Of a stretch of 64,000 bases of DNA, positions 39,662-48,758 are shown one piece after another. Source of the stretch: an uncultured Nitrososphaerales archaeon (lineage in GTDB: Archaea; Thermoproteota; Nitrososphaeria; Nitrososphaerales; Gagatemarchaeaceae); the NCBI GenBank assembly GCA_963706445.1, contig OY970160.1, positions 1,728,001 to 1,792,000 on the forward strand, given 5' to 3'. Within the stretch, counting starts at the first letter, position 1; each line of letters begins with the position of its first letter. A program made the position numbers and the translations under genes. The notes below the pieces were generated by a model. The model worked only from the letters and a program-made list of their open reading frames with translations, did not search any database and had not been told where the DNA came from.

Positions 39662-39845
39662 CCTGTCTCGCCCGTTCGTCTGTTATCTGAACTAAATAAA
39701 GAGCGTCTCATGTAGCACTTTAGTCAATTCTGAGGATTTTGGTTATTTCGATTTAAAATCACCGAATACTGATATTCTCTAACTGGTTCTTCGTATATAT
39801 TGTAAAACAACTAGTGGTAACTCTTAATACAATATTGGCTCAACG
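39662..39845. promoter_or_regulatory. AT-rich divergent promoter region
   Basis: Markedly AT-rich against the GC-rich background, with TATA-like elements (atttaaaat, tatatattg, cttaatac), between divergent elf1 and the 39846 ORF. Confidence 0.55.
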
Positions 39846-40235
39846 ATGCCTGCTTTGAGCTTCCTCCAGAGACTTGTCAAACAGTCGTCGCTGACTCCGC
39901 GTCAGCTCGAGTCGTTATCTGCCTACATCAGGGTCGCGTCAGGTGAACTCAAGCTGAAAGAGGCAGCTTCAATCGCGTCTCAAGGAAAGACCAAAGGGAC
40001 CAAGGAGAGACCACTTAGCATTGGATCATACTACCGGACGGTTTCCCAGGCTAGGTCAAACGTCAAGGAGGCCCTGGTTACCGTGGTCATTGCCATCTGG
40101 CTAGGACTGATCAAGAGTGAAGACGCCAGGCGCCTGTTCGAATTGGTGGGGGGTGGAGCGCGAGAGTTGTCGGATGAGGAGGCAGAGAGGTTCTTGCAAC
40201 TCCTAGATGCTCTTGTACGCCGTATCGTAGTGTGA
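39846..40235 (+). CDS. Hypothetical HTH-like protein
   Basis: SSLTPRQLESL...SIGSYYRTVSQARSNV, helix-turn-helix-like pattern. Confidence 0.7.
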   Translation: MPALSFLQRLVKQSSLTPRQLESLSAYIRVASGELKLKEAASIASQGKTKGTKERPLSIGSYYRTVSQARSNVKEALVTVVIAIWLGLIKSEDARRLFELVGGGARELSDEEAERFLQLLDALVRRIVV

Positions 40236-40263
40236 CTGCATCACACTTATATCACGTTCTTGT

Positions 40264-40905
40264 GTGACCCGACGACAGATGATGCTGGCGGACGATTTGG
40301 TCACAGTTGCTCTCCTAGCGTCGGCCGCATTCTTCGTCGCTCTTTCTTTTGGGCTGATGCTGAGATATAGGCAAGTCTCCCAGAGGATTACGACGTCCTC
40401 TGATCTTGGTCGGGACCTCTGGCAGGCGCTAGAGCAGAGAATGAGAAAACAGGACGAGCGCATCCTTGACATGATGGGTCGTCTGGAGGTAGTCCAGTCT
40501 CGGGTTATGGCGGCAGCGGTGGTGCAGGCCTCGGTCTCCGTCTCGCCTTCTCCTCCGGTCGTGCCTCGGTCCGTGGTTGAGGAAGAGGTGCACAGAGATG
40601 TGATGCCACAGGAAGCGGCTGTGGTCCAGCAAGAGTCACAGGCATCACGTGCAGAATCACGTGAATCACAGGCGTTCCGAGATGGAATCCAATTGGATGA
40701 GACAAGGATGAAGGCGATTAAGTTGCTTGGTGCGAGTCCCAAGAACACGCGTCAGATTACAGATGCGCTTGGTATGTCGCGGGAGCACACCGCGCGTATG
40801 ATGAAAGAGTTGTTCGGCCTTGGCCTTGTGAAGCGGAATGATTCGACCAAACCTTTCGTCTACCAGCTAACCGATGAAGGGGATCGGTTATTGTCCGTGT
40901 CCTAA
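40264..40905 (+). CDS. Membrane-anchored winged-helix protein
   Basis: N-terminal TM, coiled coil, low-complexity linker, C-terminal wHTH NTRQITDALGMSREHTARMMKELFGLGLVKR..KPFVYQLT. Confidence 0.8.
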   Translation: MTRRQMMLADDLVTVALLASAAFFVALSFGLMLRYRQVSQRITTSSDLGRDLWQALEQRMRKQDERILDMMGRLEVVQSRVMAAAVVQASVSVSPSPPVVPRSVVEEEVHRDVMPQEAAVVQQESQASRAESRESQAFRDGIQLDETRMKAIKLLGASPKNTRQITDALGMSREHTARMMKELFGLGLVKRNDSTKPFVYQLTDEGDRLLSVS

Positions 40906-40940
40906 GAGATTGTCTTTGCAGTTTGCCGCCCAAGATCAGG

Positions 40941-41309
40941 CTATGGTGGCCCTGCCACATTGACCACTTGTGGTCCCTTGCCGAGAAAGATATTGATGAT
41001 TAATGCTTCTTCTCTGTCGGGGTTCTCGTCGCGGTGAACTAGGCCAACGGGGATGTGGAAGAAGTCTCCCGCCTTCGTCTCGATGTGTCCCTTCCCACCC
41101 TCCCCAAAATCGAATAGGAGCCGGCCTGCCAGAACGAAGCCGTAGACCTCCTTTTCCCCGTGGTGATGCCACCCCGATTTGTTCCCGCCTGCAATTCGAG
41201 AGCGCGGGAAAAGGACATCCCCTTTCTCGAATGCGACGTCTCTTGTAATGCCTTCTGTGATTCCGCCCCTCTTCATTTCGTCGATTCTGATGGCTTCGAT
41301 TGCGCTCAT
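40941..41309 (-). CDS. Cupin domain protein
   Basis: SGWHHHGEKEVYGFV...AGDFFHIPVGLVHRDEN. Confidence 0.88.
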   Translation of the reverse strand: MSAIEAIRIDEMKRGGITEGITRDVAFEKGDVLFPRSRIAGGNKSGWHHHGEKEVYGFVLAGRLLFDFGEGGKGHIETKAGDFFHIPVGLVHRDENPDREEALIINIFLGKGPQVVNVAGPP

Positions 41310-41400
41310 GGTCCTGGAGCCTGGTGCTCGGTATATAGCCATGGGAATCGGTGGTGCCTAGGGCCAAATGGATATGTAATGCTGCGGGGGCGCCCAGCAT

Positions 41401-42306
41401 GTGTCCTCCGGTACAAGCATAACTCAAGAGTTGGGTCTGGGCGATGTGATTTCGAGGACCTTCGAGCTCTACCGGCGGAACTTTGCGAAATACTTCGTCC
41501 TATTCGTTGTTGTTGAGGCAATAATCGGCGTCGTCAGCACCCTCGCAAGGGGGGCTTTTCCTCTTCCTACGCTGCCTGCCAATCCGACGAATCAGCAGGT
41601 CATCGATTGGGCGCCCGGTTTCTTCGGTACTCTGGTCGTGTATGTGGGCATAATCGGAATTGTGTCTTTGGTCGTTGGTACTATTGCTGCTGCTGGTACG
41701 ATAAGGATGGCGTCGGAAGAGATCGAGGGCAGGCCAATCGGGCTTGGAGAAGCAGTCTCTTTTGCTGTTCGCAAGATGGTTTGGGTCTGGGTTCTTGGGT
41801 TAGTTGTTGGAATAATCGTTGGCCTGGGTTTGATTGCGCTGGTTGTCCCAGGGATAATACTAGCCATCATGTTCTCAATGGCTCTGCCGTCTCTTCTCAT
41901 AGAAAATACTGGGATCCTAGGGAGTATGAGTAGGAGCCGCGAGCTGGTGGGGCACAGGTGGGGGAAGACCTTCGCTACTTTCCTAGTCCTCGGCATAATA
42001 GTAGTGGTAATTGCCATAGTTCTCAGTCTGGTAGCCGCGGCTTTCGGGAGCGCCAGCACGCTGGTCAGCGATGTTCTGTCGGCGTTCTACCAGCCGATTC
42101 TCCCTGTAGCTTCGGTGGTCTACTTCTACTCCAACAGGGCAAGGATAACCCCGACTCAGGCCGGGATGGGCGTGGGTCAGGGACCGGTGGGCCCCACAGC
42201 GATGCCAGCCCTTGGGATGAAGTTCTGTCCGAACTGTGGGACCCAGTTGGTCTCTTCGGCGACCTTCTGCTCGATGTGTGGAGCTAAGCAGCCGGTCCAG
42301 ACCTGA
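41401..42306 (+). CDS. Membrane protein with C-terminal zinc ribbon
   Basis: Several TMs, SMSRSRELVGHRWGK; C-terminal FCPNCG...FCSMCG. Confidence 0.8.
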   Translation: MSSGTSITQELGLGDVISRTFELYRRNFAKYFVLFVVVEAIIGVVSTLARGAFPLPTLPANPTNQQVIDWAPGFFGTLVVYVGIIGIVSLVVGTIAAAGTIRMASEEIEGRPIGLGEAVSFAVRKMVWVWVLGLVVGIIVGLGLIALVVPGIILAIMFSMALPSLLIENTGILGSMSRSRELVGHRWGKTFATFLVLGIIVVVIAIVLSLVAAAFGSASTLVSDVLSAFYQPILPVASVVYFYSNRARITPTQAGMGVGQGPVGPTAMPALGMKFCPNCGTQLVSSATFCSMCGAKQPVQT

Positions 42307-42311
42307 GGTTG

Positions 42312-42902
42312 TTAGTCGCCGGTTCTGGAAAGTAGTTTCTCCTTCACTTCCGGCCACTTGCTTGCTATGATCGAGTAGACCATCGAGTCGCGGAGTGTGC
42401 CGTCCGGTCTAATCTTGTCGCTTCTCAGCTTCCCCTCGAGCTTGGCTCCCAGCTTAGCGATGGCTCGCTGAGAGTGGAGGTTGTTCGAGTCTGTGGTGAA
42501 CTGGACCCTGACCGCGCCCCAGTCTTCGAAGGCGTGTTTGAGGAGGAGGTACTTGCATTCCGGGTTGACATTGGTCCCCTGAACTTTTGAAGCATACCAC
42601 GTCGAACCGATTTCCAGGTGTTTGTGTTCAGGTGCGATTTGGAAGTAAGAGGTGCTCCCAACGACCAAGCCGTCCTGTTTTGTCCGCACTACGAACGCGT
42701 AGCCCTCGCCCCTCTCCTCGGCTTTGAGCCCGTATTCGATCCGCCTCTCGACGTCCTCCTTGGTGCGAAGAGGCTTGAGGAACCAGCCCCAGTCGAGCTG
42801 CTGCGCGGCAGAGTAAAGGGCGTCGGCGTGTTCCTTTCTTAGGGGCTCAAGGCGCACTACGTTCCCTTCAAGGACACATGGACCTAGTTCCGTTGCTGAC
42901 AC
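42312..42902 (-). CDS. GNAT N-acetyltransferase (RimJ/RimL type)
   Basis: LEGNVVRLEPL, LEIGSTW, NLHSQRAIAKLGAKLEG. Confidence 0.9.
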   Translation of the reverse strand: MSATELGPCVLEGNVVRLEPLRKEHADALYSAAQQLDWGWFLKPLRTKEDVERRIEYGLKAEERGEGYAFVVRTKQDGLVVGSTSYFQIAPEHKHLEIGSTWYASKVQGTNVNPECKYLLLKHAFEDWGAVRVQFTTDSNNLHSQRAIAKLGAKLEGKLRSDKIRPDGTLRDSMVYSIIASKWPEVKEKLLSRTGD

Positions 42903-43085
42903 CCTCCCACCCCCGCTTTTCCTTTCTTTCCACTCCAAGAAGCTCCCATAGGTAGAACAATCTTACGTAAGTAAAGAAGCCCGTTCTCGGTATGCAGTCT
43001 TTGGTGGATATGCCTTGGGGTCTAGAAGCGGGCTCCTTTTGTTGGTGATCGGTGCGGGCCAAGCACGATCAAACGGGGAAACCGA

Positions 43086-43240
43086 CTCCAGTGGAAAGGG
43101 TGGGGTGGGGGTGAGAAGTGAACACAGGTGAAGGGCAACCAGGTCCAGGCGGCTACTGCACCCCTGTGTTTCCACTGGAACCTGTCCAGGCCCTAATGCC
43201 GTGAAGCGCCAGAATCCAACCCCTTTGTTTCCATTGGAAC
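43086..43240. other. Candidate replication origin (oriC) with three ORB elements
   Basis: ORB1 (+) CTCCAGTGGAAAGGGTGGGG 43086-43105; ORB2 (-) GTTCCAGTGGAAACACAGGGG 43161-43181; ORB3 (-) GTTCCAATGGAAACAAAGGGG 43220-43240; these match the archaeal ORB consensus with G-string. Confidence 0.8.
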
Positions 43241-43270
43241 CCATCCAACGCCCGCCGTAATCACCATGTT

Positions 43271-43344
43271 GTGAACTTCAGTGAACAGCCACGCCGCTAT
43301 CAATCCGTTGTCAAACTATCTGATACCACAGTTCACAAGTTCAC
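43271..43344. repeat. GTGAAC/GTTCAC hexamer repeats beside the ORBs
   Basis: GTGAAC at 43271 and 43281 (also 43118); inverted GTTCAC at 43331 and 43339. Confidence 0.6.
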
Positions 43345-43394
43345 ACCAGACACGGCTTTATCGGGGCTGGCGGCCACGGGCGGGGGCCACAGCC

Positions 43395-43793
43395 TTGCGC
43401 AAACGGATTAGAATCGAGCTGGAGGACGAGGAAGGGACGAAGTACACACTCGCGCTCGAAGGCGTCGTCTCCAGGGACAAACTCATGAAGGCCATGGACA
43501 TGCTGGAAGTCATGGATGTCCCATTGGAGCACTCCCCCAAGGCCCCAGACCAGGGGACCTTCTTTGGCAAAGTTCAAACGCTATTGGAAACCACGTTTGC
43601 AGCCGGCGATTTCTCGTCATCCGACGTCGCCCGCGAGTTCGAGGACAAGTATAGCCAGCCGGTGAAGCTGAGCACGATTTCCACCTACTTGGCCCGCCTG
43701 GCGGACAAGCAGTACATCAAGCGGGAGCGGTTCGGTAACTCCTGGGTATACCGAAGGGTCTACCTGAAGCCGACCCAAGTTGCTGAAAGGTAA
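43395..43793 (+). CDS. Origin-adjacent winged-helix protein
   Basis: TTG start RKRIRIELED; C-terminal wHTH FSSSDVAREFEDKY..LSTISTYLARL...RERFGNSWVYR. Confidence 0.8.
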   Translation: MRKRIRIELEDEEGTKYTLALEGVVSRDKLMKAMDMLEVMDVPLEHSPKAPDQGTFFGKVQTLLETTFAAGDFSSSDVAREFEDKYSQPVKLSTISTYLARLADKQYIKRERFGNSWVYRRVYLKPTQVAER

Positions 43794-43844
43794 GTTTCCC
43801 CGAAACGGAGACCAACCCCCCCTAGATAGTTTTCATAGCCGCAG

Positions 43845-44117
43845 TCACTCTTTCTGAGGAACCAACGAATTGACCAGGGCGTAGGCCCTAATGAAATCAT
43901 ACGCCCTCGGGGTCATCATATAGCTGACCCCCTCCCCCGAACTCTGGGTCACGAGCAGGCCCGCCTTGATCAAGAGGCCGAGATACTTCTTCGTCCTGTC
44001 CATAGGGGTGTTCGAAGCATAGGAGATGTGGGTTATCCTGCCGGCCCCGCCATAGGAATCGATGGCGTTGAGGATCGTGTTGTAGATGTCCAGTTTGGAG
44101 CGTTTGACTTTCCTCAT
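43845..44117 (-). CDS. Winged-helix transcriptional regulator (HTH_45-like)
   Basis: KRSKLDIYNTIL...ITHISYASN...KKYLGLLIKAGLL...YMMTPRA. Confidence 0.85.
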   Translation of the reverse strand: MRKVKRSKLDIYNTILNAIDSYGGAGRITHISYASNTPMDRTKKYLGLLIKAGLLVTQSSGEGVSYMMTPRAYDFIRAYALVNSLVPQKE

Positions 44118-45328
44118 AGGGGCGGACCCGGCAGGCTGGACACCTTCTCAGGCTGGGATGACAAATGGACGTTCCTCCCAATCCTAACATCATTGGTGTA
44201 CAACAGCCTTCCGGCAATCCGGCAGCTGTCCCCGACCTCGGCGTTCGACGCATAGATACTCCCGACACTGCAGGACTCGCCGACCCTGACATCCTCTGCG
44301 TACACGTCCTCAACGGAGGAGCCGCTCTCTATCCGAATCTTCTCGCCGACCATCGGCCCGGTCACCCTGCCGTGCCTGCCCACAGAAACAAACGGTGCCT
44401 TGACCCCCTTGCCTGTGACCATGCTCCTCCCGACCTTAACGGCGTCGTGCGCCCTCACCACATCGGCCTGAAGGTCTCCGCCCACGTCAATCGACCCCGC
44501 CTCGAGTTTCCCTCCGACCCGCGCCTCCCCTCCGACCGTCAGCCTGTCCGACAGGGTAAGGTCGTGCTGTACCTCAAGGACCCCTCCAACCCTCACGCTC
44601 TTTCCGATGCCAGAATCAAGCCGAAGTTTACCACCCACGTCCAGGTCCTCGAACTTCAATGGGCCCTCGCTTTCCATGGTCCCCCCTACCCTGGCGTCCT
44701 GCAGCGTGCCCTTCGCCACACGGGCGGTCCCGCCTACGTCGAGGTCCTCTATCGTGGCTTCGACAGTTATTGCGACCGTCCCCCCAACTTTGACGTCTTC
44801 TGCCTCTATACGCTCTGCCTTCAGGGTCCCTCCCACCTTCACGTCTTCGCACTTCATTTCCTTGACTTCGATTGTCCCTCCTACCATGACGTCCTCGCCG
44901 GTGATCTTCCCCGCTGCCCTGAGCACCCCTCCGACATGGGCATCTTCGACTTCGGCGTCCCCCACAAACTCAGCCTCCCCGCCCACACGCAAATCCTCTA
45001 TCTTGCTCTTCCCTCCGACCTTCAGCGACCGGGGTATGTCGACGGACTCGGAGTTCAGGTTCCCGCCAACTTCAAGACTAGCGCCGTCATCGAGGTGGAT
45101 GTCCTCTGCCTCCAAGTCGCCTTCGATGGTCAGGGTCCCATCTCCCTTGATGTCCTCGGCCTTCAGGTTGCCCTTGACCACGCCCCTATGCCTGACGACG
45201 ACCGCGCCTTTGACTTCGACCGTCCCTCCATCCGCTCCGACCGTGCCACCATCGATGAGCAAATCCCCGTCGACCACTGACATCGTCGCGGACTGTCCCC
45301 GATCAACTCTGGCAGTGAACCCGCTCAT
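44114..45328 (-). CDS. Beta-helical repeat protein, bactofilin/polymer-forming-like
   Basis: Many approximately 16-17 aa repeats with a (E)DxxVGG core; ATG start at 45328 (MSGFTARV); ATGA overlap with the wHTH gene. Confidence 0.75.
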   Translation of the reverse strand: MSGFTARVDRGQSATMSVVDGDLLIDGGTVGADGGTVEVKGAVVVRHRGVVKGNLKAEDIKGDGTLTIEGDLEAEDIHLDDGASLEVGGNLNSESVDIPRSLKVGGKSKIEDLRVGGEAEFVGDAEVEDAHVGGVLRAAGKITGEDVMVGGTIEVKEMKCEDVKVGGTLKAERIEAEDVKVGGTVAITVEATIEDLDVGGTARVAKGTLQDARVGGTMESEGPLKFEDLDVGGKLRLDSGIGKSVRVGGVLEVQHDLTLSDRLTVGGEARVGGKLEAGSIDVGGDLQADVVRAHDAVKVGRSMVTGKGVKAPFVSVGRHGRVTGPMVGEKIRIESGSSVEDVYAEDVRVGESCSVGSIYASNAEVGDSCRIAGRLLYTNDVRIGRNVHLSSQPEKVSSLPGPPL

Positions 45329-45428
45329 GGACTCACCGTGGCCCTGGCCTCGATATATAGCGACCTCACGTGAGGTGATTACCAAGCGTGCCCTGAGTAT
45401 AATTGGAGGACGCCGACTCTTCGCTACC

Positions 45429-45524
45429 ATGAGCGAAGAACAGACGAAGGAAGCGCGCGAAGCCGCCCGACAGACCTACGAGGTGGCGAAGTACGCCTTC
45501 ATCCAGAGAGCAAGAATCCGCTGA
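45429..45524 (+). CDS. Putative 31-aa small protein
   Basis: MSEEQTKEAREAARQTYEVAKYAFIQRARIR; TATA-like gtataatt about 30 bp upstream; fills an intergenic gap. Confidence 0.4.
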   Translation: MSEEQTKEAREAARQTYEVAKYAFIQRARIR

Positions 45525-45527
45525 GCG

Positions 45528-46187
45528 TCAACGATGGCCCAGGAGGAATATCGTCATTCCTTCAAGCCCCCCAAACAGATGGTCTGGTCTCTCAGCCCGA
45601 AGCCGTTCTTCTTGGATGGGCCCTCTTGCGATGGCGATTGAAGGGACACCAGCGTTCTTCGAGGCCTGGATGTCTGCCGGGGAGTCTCCGACGTAGAAGG
45701 CCCCCACGGGGTCAAGGCGAAGGGCAATGAGCGTCTTCTCCAACATCACCGGAGACGGTTTGAGTTCTTCCTTCCTCTCGCCGCAAAGGACCGAATCGAA
45801 AAACGACGCCAACTTGAACTCCGCTAACTCCCTTTCCACCCTGCCCTTTGATCCGTTCGACACCAGGGCCAACCCGAAGCCTTCACTCTTCAACGCCCCA
45901 AGACAATCCACGGCGTCTGGTTGGAGCTCAGGCCTTTCTTCCTCGTAGAGGCGCAACCACTGCTCGTCCACCTGCTTCCACAGCGCCTTGGGAATCCCCG
46001 CTTTGACGTAGAAATCATACCAGTTGGGGCTCTGCAGGCGCAGGAACTCGTCCTTGGTGAGCGCCTTGGTCCCCAGTCCGGCGAAGATCTTGTTGTAGAC
46101 GTTGAAAGCGGCGCCCAGCGAATCGAGAAGCACCCCGTCCCAGTCGAACATAACCCCCCGGGCCCTCCCCTCACTCATCGCGTTCAC
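45528..46187 (-). CDS. HAD-family hydrolase (phosphoglycolate phosphatase-like)
   Basis: FDWDGVLLDS, VSNG, LKPSP, VGDSPADI. Confidence 0.92.
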   Translation of the reverse strand: MNAMSEGRARGVMFDWDGVLLDSLGAAFNVYNKIFAGLGTKALTKDEFLRLQSPNWYDFYVKAGIPKALWKQVDEQWLRLYEEERPELQPDAVDCLGALKSEGFGLALVSNGSKGRVERELAEFKLASFFDSVLCGERKEELKPSPVMLEKTLIALRLDPVGAFYVGDSPADIQASKNAGVPSIAIARGPIQEERLRAERPDHLFGGLEGMTIFLLGHR

Positions 46188-46294
46188 CCCGCAGCCTGAA
46201 AGCGACCAAAAGAATTGCGGTCGACGATACGAGAACGGTCGAGCGCCGTTCTACGCATTGGAACGCTACGTTCTGCCCACTAGGGTTATCCAAG

Positions 46295-47527
46295 GTGCCC
46301 TCCAACCCGACCCCGAGAACCATGTTTAGCGCTCAACCGAAGACCAAAGCCAGGGCCCTGGTCGTTTCAATGGCGCTCCTCTTCGCGGGGACCGCCTTCT
46401 TGATACAACCCGTCTCGGCCGCATCTTTCAACAACGTCCAGGTCTTCGCTACGACCACCTCGTCACAAGCCTACGACTTCCAATTCGCCGCCTACAACCT
46501 TACAGGGAGCCTTGTTGCATCGACCCAGACCTCCTACCCTGCTGCCGCGTTCGAGCTCCCCACTGGAGGCTACCTCTTCACTGTCAGCGCGACCTACTAC
46601 GACTACGGCATCGGCTACGCCTGCCCGGTCGCACAGGGAACCGCCACTTCAAGCTCGGGCAAGGCCCCGTCCACGGGCACCTCCCCACCTATGGTGCGGG
46701 CCAACGGCTCGGGCTCGTCGCCTGCCCAAATCTTGCCCCTCTGTTACCCTCCATCATCTGAGTACGGCTACGCCACAGCGACCGTATCAGGGCCCCAACA
46801 GGTCAACGTCCAATTGCAGAACGTCACCACCATGCCAACGACCTCGGTCACCGTCAGGGTCTCCTATGTCAACGGGACAGCCGCGTCCGACGCCTCTGTG
46901 TACGCCTCCATCGTCGGCGAGTGGTACTACTGGTGGGGTCCGAACTCCAGCGTGACGATGTCGGGGCAGACGGACAGCAACGGTGTCGCGCATCTCGTCC
47001 TCCCAGAAGCACCGACAGTCGTCACAGCTTGGATGTGGGTACCGATCATCTCGAACACCAACGGGACCATCCAGACCACCATCGGCGGCCAGAAGACCAA
47101 CATCACCGTCTACTGGCAGCCCACATACGTCGGCCTCTCTGGTTCGGGCCTGCTGCTCCCTCCGCAGAGCAGCATTGACTTGACCCTCCGATACCAGCAG
47201 CCTGACAACTGGGTTATGCCGGGTGGGGTCCTTTCACAGGGCGCCTACGCAGGAGCCGCATCCGCGGGGACGGTGGCAAGCCAGCCGTCCGGAGTGCCTG
47301 CTTTGGCATCGGGCAGCTCTGGCACCCAAAGCTCCAGCCAGCCATACCTCCCGTCGCAAATCCCTTCGATCCAGCAAGCCGCCGGCGCCCCAACCAGCGG
47401 ACAAGCAGGACTCCTGGGAGCGGGCACGCTGACCTTGGCTTCAGCGGCGTTCGCCATCACAGCGTTGGCAGTGGTCTTCGTAGCAGTTAGACATCGCATG
47501 AAAAGGCCGTCGACTCCAGTCGGATAG
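46295..47527 (+). CDS. Secreted/surface protein with C-terminal membrane anchor
   Basis: Signal peptide, S/T-rich beta domains, N-glycosylation sequons, C-terminal TM followed by a basic tail. Confidence 0.75.
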   Translation: MPSNPTPRTMFSAQPKTKARALVVSMALLFAGTAFLIQPVSAASFNNVQVFATTTSSQAYDFQFAAYNLTGSLVASTQTSYPAAAFELPTGGYLFTVSATYYDYGIGYACPVAQGTATSSSGKAPSTGTSPPMVRANGSGSSPAQILPLCYPPSSEYGYATATVSGPQQVNVQLQNVTTMPTTSVTVRVSYVNGTAASDASVYASIVGEWYYWWGPNSSVTMSGQTDSNGVAHLVLPEAPTVVTAWMWVPIISNTNGTIQTTIGGQKTNITVYWQPTYVGLSGSGLLLPPQSSIDLTLRYQQPDNWVMPGGVLSQGAYAGAASAGTVASQPSGVPALASGSSGTQSSSQPYLPSQIPSIQQAAGAPTSGQAGLLGAGTLTLASAAFAITALAVVFVAVRHRMKRPSTPVG

Positions 47528-47599
47528 GCGGCCCTCCCCCCTTTACCATAACCGTAAACTTGCACTCCTTATCTACTCGATTTTGCTTAGGCGGACTGT

Positions 47600-48730
47600 T
47601 TGTCGCGCTCGAAGTCTGTCCAAACCATCAGAGCCGAATCTCCCGACCTGGAAGCTAGGATAATCACCGCCATCGGGACAGCCGGCCCAAGGAACGTGGC
47701 CCAGATTTCGAGGATGACCGGAGCGCATCAGGAGACGATTAGGTACAAGATCAAGAAGCGGTTCGGCCGCCTCGGTTTCAGGTTCCACGCCGAGGTCGAC
47801 GTCGAAAAGCTGGGGCTCTCTCTGCACTGGGCTGCACTGGATTTCGCTAAGGCCTACTACGGCATGGCTCCACAGATACTCAGGGCCCTGAACCAGGTGG
47901 GATACCTCACCTACTTCGCGAAGGTCGTACCGCAGGGCAACTACGTCGCGCTCTTTGCCCTGCCGGCGAACACCTCGGACCAATACGTGGAGTTCCTCAA
48001 CAAGCTGAGGGAGGAGGGAGTTCTCGCTGGCTTCACATTGGACAAGGTCAACGTCAGCAGGCACAAGACCATGGACCCGCGGTTCTTCAACTTCAGGTCA
48101 GGGAAGTGGGAGATCGAATGGGACAAGGTCGCGGAGCAAAAGCCGATCCCTTTGTCGACAGTAGGAAGGCCGCACGCGGAGGACTTCGACTACTATGACC
48201 TTTTGGTGATAAAGGAACTCGAAAAGGACTCACTGCAGCACTTGACCGGAATCGCGAAGAAGCTGAAGGTCCACCAGAAGACACTGGAGTATCACTACAG
48301 GACCCACGTCCAGAAGTGGAAGCTAATTCCCTCTTACCGCATACGATGGACCCAGGACACGACAAAACGCCTCATCCACTCTGTGGCCACCACGATAGTT
48401 ACTTTCCGCAACCTGAGTAACTTGGAGTTCACCGAAGTCCAGGCGGCCATGAGCAAAATCCCATTCCTGTGGACCGAAGACCTGATTGAAGGAGGGACAT
48501 ACATCGCCCTGCTCTACGTACCGGTCACCGACATGATCAACATGACAAGCTACATCAGCAAAGTGCTTCCAAACCTCGCGTCAAGGGTTGAGGTAGGGTT
48601 CGTCGAACCGGCCAACTCCACGTCTTTTACCATCCCCTACAACATGTACCAGGGGGACAGCTGGAGATTCGACCTGAATCAGATGGAGAAATCACTCCGA
48701 AAGGAATCCGTCATCGCCCTCAAAAAATAG
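47600..48730 (+). CDS. Tandem Lrp/AsnC-like transcriptional regulator
   Basis: Two HTH modules (RNVAQISRMTGAHQETIRYK; DYYDLLVIKEL..LTGIAKKLKVHQKTLEYH). Confidence 0.8.
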   Translation: MSRSKSVQTIRAESPDLEARIITAIGTAGPRNVAQISRMTGAHQETIRYKIKKRFGRLGFRFHAEVDVEKLGLSLHWAALDFAKAYYGMAPQILRALNQVGYLTYFAKVVPQGNYVALFALPANTSDQYVEFLNKLREEGVLAGFTLDKVNVSRHKTMDPRFFNFRSGKWEIEWDKVAEQKPIPLSTVGRPHAEDFDYYDLLVIKELEKDSLQHLTGIAKKLKVHQKTLEYHYRTHVQKWKLIPSYRIRWTQDTTKRLIHSVATTIVTFRNLSNLEFTEVQAAMSKIPFLWTEDLIEGGTYIALLYVPVTDMINMTSYISKVLPNLASRVEVGFVEPANSTSFTIPYNMYQGDSWRFDLNQMEKSLRKESVIALKK

Positions 48731-48736
48731 GACAGA

Positions 48737-48758
48737 ACGACCCCGTCTAGGGGGTCGT
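48737..48758 (+). terminator. GC-rich hairpin just after the Lrp-like gene
   Basis: ACGACCCC-gtctag-GGGGTCGT perfect 8-bp stem; no U-tract, function uncertain. Confidence 0.35.

Noticed and set aside
44165-45524. Long + strand ORFs (371 aa, 305 aa) opposite the repeat protein
   Set aside because: Antisense shadows of a repetitive GC-rich gene; biased composition, no motifs (only the last 31 codons are considered separately)
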